In this document: positions 41,801-53,800 of the stretch, piece after piece
Position numbering within the stretch: position 1 is the stretch's first letter
Layout: every line of letters starts with the position of its first letter
Source: Podarcis muralis
Lineage: Eukaryota
Assembly: GCF_964188315.1 (NCBI RefSeq)
Contig: NC_135659.1
Location: 39,060,001 to 39,124,000, forward strand
Direction: 5' to 3'
Length of the DNA: 64,000 nt
Notes under the pieces: model-generated
Database searches by the model: none
Told to the model about the DNA's origin: nothing
Seen by the model: the letters and a program-made list of their open reading frames with translations, nothing else
Position numbers and translations under genes: made by a program

Positions 41801-44800
41801 TTCAAACACAAATGTAATCTGTGTTATATGCTCTCTAACTCATATATCCTGGGCTTTGAAATATAGATATTACGCAAATATAATCAGAGCTGCCAAGTAT
41901 TACAAACAAGTTGAATACTTGTCATAAATGCAAAAAAAAAAAAAAAAAAAAAAGGTTTTTCATCATAACCAGATTTAGTAACAAGAGTTTGAAGTTGGTT
42001 TACAAACACTTATTAAGCTTGCTGGTTTAATCATGATCCTGCCTGTGTATGATAGGAAGTCCATCCTAAGTAGATGGGCAGTTACCAAGATTGAGAAGTA
42101 AGACTGGTTTTCATCAGCCAGTTGAAGGCAGCTGGTACATACAAACAAAACTATTATCTAGAATACTAGGAAAACATATATGTGTAACAGATGTGTTTAC
42201 CAATGGTTGGGTCTTACCCATAATTTATCAAATTTTGATTAAAGTTTGTTAGAATGTGTATGCTTTTTAATTCTTATCTACCTTTTACTCATTTTTGCTT
42301 ATATTTATAGCCATTAATATATCCCCCAGTGGCACAATGTTCCAAAATAGAAACAGCAGTGGGAATCACACAACAAAACAGCACAATTCATAACAGGAGG
42401 GGGGGGGGGACAATTCTTTGACTATATGAGGTAACTAAAATATATAAGCACTTACTTTGGTAGAGTTTTCAAGTGATTCTCTCGTAATTCCAATATTCGT
42501 AATTTAACAAGTCTAAAAGTATCAAAATTTAAAAGAGTATAAATTCAAATTAGGAAGTCATTAAACATATACAAGAATTGCTAATAAGCTATTTGTTTTA
42601 ACATAAATTATGCTAGCCGTATATTTGCATAAAATTTATCCAGTTCACCTTGCCAACCTCTAATGAGAATCATAGCCATATATCTGTAGGTGAAAAGCAA
42701 CAGCTTGAAATTATTTTTTGCAGATTATTTAATTAAGACAAATATGCTGACTCTTAATATTCAGTAGATATTTGCGGTTCTAGAATTTTATCTAACTTCA
42801 TGACAGTGATTGCCGGCTGTGTTCTTCTGGAAGATCCTGACAAATCACAGAGAAGCAATTAACAGGCACAAATGCAGAATGTTGAAATAAATGTTGCTAT
42901 ATAAATGATGTTTATAAGCTTTATTCATTTCATAGCAAACAGAATAAAAAAAGAACATCTTACACATGATTCAAGACATCATATATTTTAGAGAATTGTA
43001 GAAAATCCATCAATGAATTTTGTTTCTGTCAGCTAAAATAATGAAATCTACAAGAAAGGATTCCGACTAAACATCAGGAAGAACTTTCTGACAGGAAGAG
43101 CTGTTAGGCAGTAGAACAGACTCCAATGAGAGGTGGTACTCTCGCCTTCCTTAGAGGTTTTTAAGCAGAGCTTGGACGGCCATTTGGCATGTATGATCTA
43201 GTTGAGATTCCTGAATTGTAGAGGGTTGGACTAGCTGACCCTCACTGTCTCTTCCAACTCTAATTCTATGATTCTATTAAAAGAGAAAATTAAGATAAGA
43301 AGAGGCCTCCTATGGTACACAAGAAAAGAGAAACTATTCTAATGCTCTCTCAAGGATCCCAGCAAAACATATTCCCACAATGTTTGTAATTTTTGATAAG
43401 GATAAATACACTTGTCATCCTCCAGAGAGCAAACAATGTAATTTCATATGAAATATGCAAATGCTTCCTGTGTGAATCACACACAGTTGATTCTCACATA
43501 ACCACTGACAGCCTAAGGCTCTCACTATGTATCTAAAGCAAAATAAACTGATCTGCTTAAAGAAGCTAAACTACAATTTGGAAAGCTATTAAAACTATGT
43601 AATGCATTATTATCTGGAAGAGCTAGAAGAGCTTTTGTTTGCTCATATTATTTTAACATTCATATAACTTGAACAATTCAAGCAAATTCGCACCACGTTA
43701 TTATTTTCCCCCTGACAAACAAGCCAATACAATTTAGAAGTCTCTATGGCTTTATGGGTTAACGCCTCCCCTGAAATAGAACAGGAAACAACAAAAATAA
43801 TAATGTGGCAATGTCAAAATCCCACTCCATATTAGTCTAACTTTTATTATTGCAAGATCCAGGTGGTATGCTAAAAGAATGCTACTACATTAGTTTAGGT
43901 AACTAAGGTGTCTAAAAGCTAGAAACACACCCTCAAATAACTCCACTGGTAGATAAAAAATGTAGAAAGTACATTGAGAAAGCAAATTATATTAGATGCT
44001 ATGAGTCAGAGCTGATCCATACATTAAAGCAAAACAGAAGTGTGAGCAACTTTCAAATTGTCGTTTGTTACTTTTGCTGTAATATTTAAATGGAACTTGA
44101 GTATTTCACCTGAAGTGAGTTAAAGTGGAAAATCTGCAATCAGAGGGCTTGTTCCCATTGTGTCAAACCATGGTTTGCAGTTACATGCAAAAGCAATTGT
44201 TAACGAATGTTAACAGTTTAAAAGCAATAGGCGGCAAGTTGCCTACTTGTTCTCAAATATATTTATTTTACAAGTCAGGAAACACTGTTGTTTCTTTTCA
44301 TCCCCAGAAAAAAAAATGCCCCATCACATTTCAACAGACCTCAGTGTCCAAAAGCACATTCAAATACATTTACTGGCAAATTTCATTCCATCTTCATATT
44401 GACTGTTGTAGCAGCAGGAGCAGTCAGTGGGTCAGGGTGGTGCTGTGGTGATGGCCTCCCAATAATGGCATCCCTGAAAATTACTAGGGTGAAGGGGTGG
44501 TGCCAAAGTCAGGTTAGCGTGGGCACATTGGGGGAAACACCTGACTGGTTCCACTGGTGTCCCCCTCACCTTGCCCCCGTCACTGCACAGTTAAGTAGCG
44601 GTACTGCCCCACTCCTGGTGTTGTTGATTAAAGACTGGGCCTCAGCAGTCTACTGTATAGCCTGTTGGTGTGGGGGTTTAAGCTCTGATGTCATTCAGCT
44701 CAGAATTATCTCTCTTCCATCTCTATCAATCTCTCATTACATTAGTAGTAGGATCTCTTTCTCCAAGTCAGGTTACCCTAAGAAACACCAATTAAGTCTT

Positions 44801-47800
44801 CAATCATATAGGGCATACAACAGGATTTACTTCTGAGTAGACATGATTGCACTTCTAATTCAGAAAGAAAGGGTTATCATAGCTATCAAAAAGTAAAAAC
44901 TAGAATGATAGTTTATAAACTATCAAAGAATCATAGAACTGTAGAGCTGGAAGGGACCCCAAGGGTCATCTAGTCCAATCCCCTATAATGTAGGAATCTC
45001 AGCTAAATCATCCATGACAGGTGGTCATCCAATCTCTGTTTAAAAACCTCCAGGAAGTTCTCCCTAATGTTTAGTCAGAATCTCTTTTCTTGTAACTTGA
45101 ATCCTTTGGTTCACGTCCTACCCTCTTGTAGCAGCAGAAAACAAGCTTGCTTGATCTTCCATGTGACAGTCCTTCAGATATTTGATGATGGCTACCATAT
45201 TTCCTCTTAGTCTCCTTCTCCTCCTTGGCTAAAAACACCCAACTCCCTCAATCAAAAAATTAAAATCCACATGCTTTTTCATAAAAGGGAAGTGTCACAA
45301 TTTGTGCTTACCTTCCAAAATTAGCTGGAAGAAATTCCAGAAAGGCATCATTTAGGTAGAGCTGGGTCAGGTTTAAAAGCTGCGTAAAGCCATCTGGGAG
45401 CCTAAAAAACAAGTTAAAGCTTTAGCTTTCATACTGTTGTTACTATGGGAACAATATAAGTAAGTCCCTGCAGATACATACCCTAACTCACACCTTCATT
45501 GCTATACAGTGAATAGATAAAATATATTGAGCTGCTTCTTAGATCTAACATTTTGCCATCTATTGCAGCAAATGATACACTATCTTGCTCTTTTAGGTTG
45601 ATATTTATGCACCTAACTATTTAATATTACATCATCCCATTAATTTGTCTGTGTAAGCTTTTTGGTAGTGGATTTAATTTTGAAATTACAAGCAAATTAT
45701 ATCAATGACACTTTTTACAACCTCTGGAATTAAACATTATTTTTACTGTTACCAATAGAACATACCATTTTATGCAGAATGAGTACTATGCTCTATCTAT
45801 GAAATGTGCTGCCATTCCCCACCCCACCCCCGCCCATAAATGACCATAATAATTCTTATTTGGGTTGTGTGTTACATCTTCTTTTAATTTGTGTAATTGA
45901 ATGACGGAGCACTTATTGCCTGTGAGAGGTGGCAAGGTCTCCCCAGAGTCTTGTGATAGGGCTCTCATGGCCAGAACAGCTCGGGTCCCCTGGCAATGCT
46001 AACAGTAGTCTGAGGAGAAGGCTAGTGATATCTGCCCCAGGGAGATGCATGGATCATGCAAAGTGAGCCAGGTCAACACCAAGACAATGAGAAAACCCAA
46101 CAGGGTTGCCAGATGAAATTTCAAGTTCTTCTGGTGGCCCAGCAATTAATTCCAAAAAGAAGTGAAGTGACTGCATGGGTGACAACACCTGACACCAGCA
46201 CCGTCCCCCTTGGGACAATGGTCTCCATAGTGAGCAGCTTGTTGAGCTTCCACAACTATATCTTGTGCTGCTCAGTCCATAAAGTTGCTGGCTGCTCTGA
46301 GTTGATCAAGACTCAAGTGGGTACCCCTTTCCCTCAACAGGAGATGCAGAACATCAGGTAAGATAGCTGGTTTGGGCAGCAGTGGCATCTCAGGGACTCC
46401 ATGGGAGGTCCACATTTCTTCTTTGGTCCCAGCTCCTGGACTTGTTCAAGAGCTAGGATTGGGAGTTTTCTGGTGCTGGTGTCTTGATAACCACTTTGGC
46501 GGGGCATGCCGTCAAATAATGACCCATCTTTCCACAGTGGTCTTTGCTCTTCATTATCCTCTGTCAGCATGGGCTGTGCCTCTACAATCTGCGTGAGCTC
46601 CTCCGCTGAAGCTGGATGGGAAGTACGTGCAGGACCAGTACTCTAGGCCTGAGGGAAACTCTCCCCCTTCAGTTAAGAACTTTAACTCACAACTCCATTT
46701 CTGTCAGTTCTCAAGGTGTAGTTCACATCGGCACATAAGGCAAGCTACAAGTCAGCTGCATCACCTGTGGCTGTCAGGCCACTGAGGAGTGAGAGAGGGG
46801 TGGGACACTTCTCTATTATCCCACCTGGGCATTTCCCATGGTCTAACTCTCCAACCCCAGAACACTGGGTTCTTCCAGAGATCAGATACCTTTTGAGGCT
46901 CAGAGGGGGCAGCTTAACCTATTGTGACTCACTCCAGGATCATACAACTCCTGCTCTCTGAGCTCCTCCCATTGTTCCTCCAGACTCAACCACCCACTCC
47001 ATGATACCTTCACAGGGCTCCTGACACCCACCCTGGAAAGAACAAGTTAGTACTGCTTCCCATACAGTGGTTGATCCAGTTGTCACGTCATTTATTGTTA
47101 CCTATGCTCCTCCCTTGGCAACCCCAGGCATCCTGTGACAAGACCCATGAAAGAGGAATACAAAGCAGATTAAGATTCTTTTGCGAATCAGATGAGTTCG
47201 GGGACAGTTTAGTCCTGGGAAAGTGGATGGTGTTTTAAACTGCTTTATTTTGCTCCAAAGGAAATATAGTGGGTTTGTGTAACTTTTGCATGGCATATCA
47301 TCCCCACCTCCAAAAAAGTTCATTTTTTCTGTTTTAGTAAACTTTAGAACCTGCTTCATAAACATGGTGTACACCAGCAGTCAGCAAACTTTTTCAGCAG
47401 GTGGGTGGTCCACTGTCCCTCAGACCTTGTGGGGGGCCAGACTATATTTTTTTTTGGGGGGGGGGGAATGAACGAATTCCTATTCCCCACAAATAACCCA
47501 GAGATTCATTTTAAATAAAAGCATACATTCTACTCATGTAAAAACACAGTGATTCCCGGACTGTCTGTGGGCCAGATTTAGAAGGCAACTGGGCCAGATC
47601 CGGCCCCCAGGCCTTAGTTTGCCATGGTGCACTCTCTCTTAATTATAACACCCTTGCACTTAGAAGCTTTAATACATTGCTATCCTAAGAGATCCCAGGA
47701 AATTTTGGAAGCTAATTAATTTATCCCTTGTCTGGCGACAGCTGTTATTTAAAGTAGGAGACTGGACTGAACAGAGGGATACACTCTGTATTATCAGGGA

Positions 47801-50800
47801 ACACAATGCCCTCAGACGGAAAGGGACCCATGGTGGCTGGGAGGTGGCCATCACAATCAGCAATGTGAATTGATCTATGAAAAGAATGCAGCCAATGCAG
47901 CTCTTTCAGCAGTGGCTTACTATGATCCACATGGACAACACTGGCTGGCAAATATGCTACCATATGGATCAATTCAAGTTTTGAAGGGCACAATTCTATG
48001 GTTCCTACCTAGGAATTCCAAGGGCTGTAAGATTTTGCAGATCACCCTCTCTGTGTGGAAAGAGAGATCTGCTAGTGGAGCAGGCCAACCCATGAAGGCC
48101 TCCTTTTTACAGTTCTCACTCCTCCCACACTGGTGCTCTAATAGCGGAGAGGGGGGAAGGAAGGTCTCTCAACATGCCAGCTTTGGAGCTGGCATACTGA
48201 TTTCCATTCCCACTGAAATCAAATTCAAGGATGAGACTGCTTATCTGATCCATTACAATCTGGATTCAGAGTCTATTTCTGAACCAAACTTTAGTCCTTT
48301 TCATTCTAATGGATTACCTTTATTGTGTGAGAGACAGGGAAATGCAACCCTGTTAATTCTGCTCAATATATCAGTGGCTTTTGATATTGTTGATTATGAT
48401 ATCCTCAAGTGAGATGGGTATTGGAGGCACCATATTATTATGGCTCCACTCTTACTTTCAGGACTGTGTTCCGAGAGCAGCACTGGATTAGTACTCCTTA
48501 GTCCCCTGGCACTTGTGCTACAGGGTTCCGCAAGGTATTATTCTCTCCCCAGTACTATTTAACATCTATATGAAGCCATTGGGAATGGTCATTAGGAGTT
48601 TTGGAGTAAGGTGTCACTATGCTGATGACACACAGCTCTATTTCTGCATAACATCTGAAATCACGAGAGGATGCAAAAACTCTGAATGTAGTGGTGGACC
48701 CGACGGGGACTAATAATCTGTGCTTGAATCCTGGGAAGGTTGAGCCTTTTTTGGTGGGTGGCTCCTGTGCCTGGGAAACAGGGAAGAGATTCAGCAGGCA
48801 TCTTCTGTTTTAATCTTTAAACATTTGCTGATAACTTTTCTGTGTTTCCAAGCTCATGCAGACAATTAAGAAAATATCTCTCTGTAGGAGTTGATCTCTG
48901 ATTTTTTATTTTTATATGGTTTTTATTATACATATATATGTTTGGTTTGTATATGAGTAGCAGCATGAAAATACTTTTAAAAATAAAAGTAAAAAATATA
49001 ATCCTCCTTAAACCACTACAAGCTCCAGGGATTGCTATGCCTCTTTTGGTTCACACCCATGTGGATTCCTAAGGCAGAGTTTACCGTTCTCAAAATTTTG
49101 AGCAAGATAAATCAATGGTCTGACTTGGTAAAAGAAACTTATCCATGTTCTTAAAAAGTGCTGGAAAATGGTTTTTATAAACTGGGAGCTTATCGTGTTC
49201 CTCATATTGGGTTCTGCATGGCATCAGCCTTCATACCCTCTTCAATAACCCTAAAAACTTACAATATTGAAATTTTGTTTGTGTATGTTTTTATAGAAAT
49301 AAATCCTAATTGAAAATAAAAATACAATATAGAAAACTAAATCAGTACAACTCTTAAAATGTGTCCACCTTTTTTCCTAGCAGTCACTGCAGAATTTGCT
49401 GTAAGGCTATTTTACACTTCACTCAATTTCTTGTTGCTGTTTAGTCGTTTAGTTGTGTCCGACTCTTTGTGACCCCATGGACCAGAGCACACCAGGCACT
49501 CCTGCCTTCCACTGCCTCCCGCAGTTTGGACAAAAATTTCTTGCATAGCTTCATTATAACCAAATGACAATTCCATCCATGTGTTATACCTTCACTTTAC
49601 ATTACATACATTAATATGCAAACCACTGAACATATATAACAGGAAACATTTAACTTCATTGACAGATACTCACTTAGAAATAGGATTGACACTGGCTTCA
49701 ATTATTGTTAAACACTTACAGCACTTTATATTTTCTGGGAAATCTTGGATCCCTAAAAAGAGAACAAAGATGTATGTTATCAGGGAAGGAATACAACAAA
49801 TGACTGGTCTTTAAAGTACCTAAACTCTCATTTTAGTCCTAAGCAGATCACAATTCCACACATTGTAGTAATTACATCTGAGCTTTTAAAAAATTATGGG
49901 TATGGCTAGGATTGAAAGAACTCTATCAGCATGTGGAAGAACTTCTGTAGAGGGATCATATCTAACCATTTCCCCCTCTAAATGCAATCCTTTATACTTC
50001 ATTGAAAGTCTGTTTGAAATACTGTAAAGTATTGTGCCTTGCAAAAGTAACCACTAAGCTATAATGCCTTTGAGCATGAACAAATAATGTTCCTGTTTTG
50101 TTTTAAATATGCCTCATCCTTGCTTCTTCTGGGTGAGGGCTGAGTGGTCACAGGTTCCCCTTCACCTATATATAACATCTTGCTATTGGTAAACAAATAC
50201 ACTACCACAAACAGTCAGTACCAAAACCTCTGCTGTGGGAATACAGGGATGTGCTATTAGCCAATAACACACCCTAAACAGCATCCATTTTACCCAGCAG
50301 TTAATAAATTGCTTTAATCTAGAATTTAGCTAGATTATTTAATAATGTAATAATGTAGAAACTTTCTAAAGTCTAATAATCCAAAAAACTTCAGTCAAAC
50401 GGCTCTTGACTGGGTGGTTGCAAGACTGTGGCCTTCTTGGCCATGAGAAGCTGAATGAGGACTGAAAAAGCAATATATGATTGAAAAATGAAGAAGAGAG
50501 CTAATTGAAAGCACACTGCAATGTTACAGGATCAGCTGGTGTTAATACATAACTACCTACAACTGCAAATTATGTGCCAATAACAGAAAGATCCCTGCTG
50601 TTCTTAAGACGTTAGTAAAGGAAGCAGAGTGCTCTGGCGGGTGCTACTGCCTTTGCTTGTACTTGTATTAATATTGTCTTTCTTCTTAGCCCATGACTCA
50701 TCACAGGAACTTACTTATGTTAATTTTTTTATTACGCATGTCAAGGTTATAGCCTGTGGATGTTTATTCTGAAAATGAAATAGAGTAAATCATCGAGAGG

Positions 50801-53800
50801 TGGATAAAATGCAAAGGAAGTCACCAAGCAATGACACAGAAAAACAAAGTATCAAAGCTGAATTTATCACCCAAGGACTAGGAGACCGTCCTTATTCAAT
50901 GACTCCTTGTCTTTGAAAAGGAACAAACTTTTCTAGCAATGTTTTGGGGTTTTTTTAATCTCCTAGCAAACACCTTTAGGTACATAGGACAGCTTGAATA
51001 TATAGCACCACCTTATCCCCACCTTCTCTTCAGGTAAAGCAACCATATTACTCTTGCTGCAGGTGTATTTTGCACATTATCAGGCAGGAAGACAAACATG
51101 GCACAGGTGTTGCAGGTCACTGCAGTAGCTCCCTCACAGTCCATGTCTCTTGGTCCTACATACATTGTGAGTCAGCACTCCAGGCTTTCCCCTCAGACTC
51201 CTCTGCTAAATGCCCCTGTTTACAAGTCTTTGTCATGAGAGCTTCTTCCCATGCTGGATTTCTTCCTGTAGCGTTCATATTAAAAGTGCAGCACAGAGGT
51301 GTAATGATGGGCAGATACAAACAAGTCAAAGCTGACAAATTGACTTCATGTCGGCAATTATCAGAAATATGGCTGAAGGTTGGCCGGACGTAACCAGATG
51401 GCGCTCTTGCCTCCACTCCTATAGCTTGTGTTCAAAACAGCTGCTGCACTAAAATGGCGGCGCCTATCACAGCACCAGCATCAACCTTGGAATAAAAATT
51501 TGTTTTTGTTTTGCTGCTGCTGCCCTGATGCTGAGCAAGCTCTTTCCCTGTTATAGATGTGGGTCCCAATCCAGTGGGGATCTTTTCATGATTCCTTGAA
51601 GTGATCCTGAGTGCAGGAGGGAGTGGCTGGCTCGGAAGTAAATTCTATAATGGGCAAGAGGAGAAAGCTGACAGCCAATATCAACCCCTGGACTGAATAA
51701 GAAGGCAGAGTTGGGCTGAGTAAGGTTAGTGGGGCACTGCCCACTTGTCCTCATGGACTAACCTTCACTATTGTCTATTATAAAATGTGTTTCAGCCATC
51801 AACCAACAGCAGACCCAAATTCAGCTGCTGTAAAAAATCTGTAGAAGAAGGTGGAGGTTGTCTAAATATGAGTAGATGTGGAAGCCCTGGAGGCAGAGGT
51901 GAGACACCAGTGCAACCATTACCTTTGTGGAGACTCCTGGAGACGAGGCCAATCTGAACGGGAGGGCTCTGAACTGGTAATGATATGGGCCAATGGAGAA
52001 TAGAAGACATTCCTGGTACTTTGGATGAAAAGGAACATGCAGGTTTCCATCCTGTAAGTCTATGGATGTCATGAAGTCGTTGAGATGAAGGGGTTACTTG
52101 AAGGAGGCTAAGGATTCCGGTCATAATTTTTTGTAGATCACCCAGCAGTAGAGATATTTCAGACTGAGAATTGCCCTCCAGACTTTGTGGTCTTTTGTGG
52201 GAACTACAAACATGATCAAGTAAATGCCTAATGAGTGTTCTTTGGCAGTACGGTTCTATTGCTGCCATGTTGATGAGATGTTGTGTGAACAGGTGTGTGA
52301 ATCTGAGCTTATTTCTATGGTTTAGCATGTCATAACTGTAAAACTGAAATAACTAAAATATGACATGAGGTTCTCCATCATGAACCTTGCTTGACCCTGG
52401 TACCAGCCCGATCTCAAGTGTCCTGAAAATATATCACACCCTGTAAAGACCGTACATGTAAATCTAGCTACCATTAAAATCTACTTAACATTTTGAATGG
52501 ATGCTTTCAAGCTAATGGTGGTACAGGAAGCAGACAAAGAGATAGTCAGGTTCAGTTAATCACTTATACTATGATTACAGTTTTTCTTTCACCTTTTGTT
52601 AAAGCAAAACACAGAGGGGGAAGCAAATAGGATAGCCAATTTTAGTCATTTTCTCACTAGGAAATTAAGAGTTCTTCTAAACTCTTGATTTGAAAGATGG
52701 ACAAAGTGAGAGTGGGCAAGCACATATTCATAAATTGGTGTACCTTGTAACTCTAGCAAAATATCTCAAAACTTTCATTGTCGTGTGTATGAATACATGT
52801 GAGTGCTTAGACATGCATGTGGGTTCATGATACATGTGTAACAGCTAGACACAGTCTCTCACAATCTAGCAACTGGAGGGTGAAGCAGAGAGGGGTGATA
52901 GGATGAACCAAGGTTGAGGGTGACTGCTGAATTCTATGCAGTAACCACAGCAGATGGTATTCAGGATCCATTTATCCGCTGTTGTAAGAATCAAAAAAGT
53001 ATTAGTGCGTGTAGGTGATTACCCCCCCCCCCCACACACACACACTTGGTCATGGATTGCATCATTGGCAGTTTCCGGGGTTCTTGGGGGGGGGGGAGCA
53101 CTGGTTCAAGGAAAGATGCTGTGGAGAGGTTGACTTTGAAAGCAGCTTCCACCATGAATGCTGCCATCCTAGATATCATCAGTAAGGTGTTGCGATGCAT
53201 GCAGGATCCTGTTATGGAGTAGTGAGAAGATCCTTCACCCATTACTTGAGATGGTTTAGCAAACATAGATGCTGCAGAAGATGCATGGATAGATAGTGCT
53301 ATTGCATCATGAATAGGCCTAAGGGCAAAATCCAGTCACCTGTCAGAGGTATCATTTAACTAAGCATCTCCATCCTTTGGTAACAAGTTCTGATTTGTCC
53401 ATTGATAGGGTCTTTAAGAGGTCCATGAAATCTGTATCCAGTGTGTAATGCTTATTGGCAAAGCTGTGCTGACTTCCTGAATTGCATGGGAGCATTCCCC
53501 TTCAATTTAGTGACTCTTTTGATAACCACTGGAGTGGGGACAAGTTGGCTGAGGGTCTACAGTGGCAGGAAGGGTCTGCACAGTGTCTGTTTTCTGCTGA
53601 TTTTGAAAACAAGCCTAGAGTGGCTAGGGCACAGCGTAAGAGTGGCATGTAGTGAGCATCTTGAAACATATTGTCTGGTTGAGGTCTGGTTCTTTAATTA
53701 CGGACCCTTTACTCCATTCATCATCAACTGGTTCTGTCAAGGTGAACGGATATAAAACCGTGGGCTGGGAGGTTTGGGCATGCATGGAGTCATCTCTGTA

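Noticed and set aside
44288-44836. 182-aa plus-strand ORF
   Set aside because: No recognisable domain or splice context. It spans a hairpin relic and is probably a chance ORF.
47870-48412. 180-aa plus-strand ORF
   Set aside because: It is a chimera of antisense L2, unique sequence and the start of an L2 RT fragment.
51792-52328. 178-aa minus-strand ORF
   Set aside because: It is an alternative frame over the degraded DIRS RT relic.
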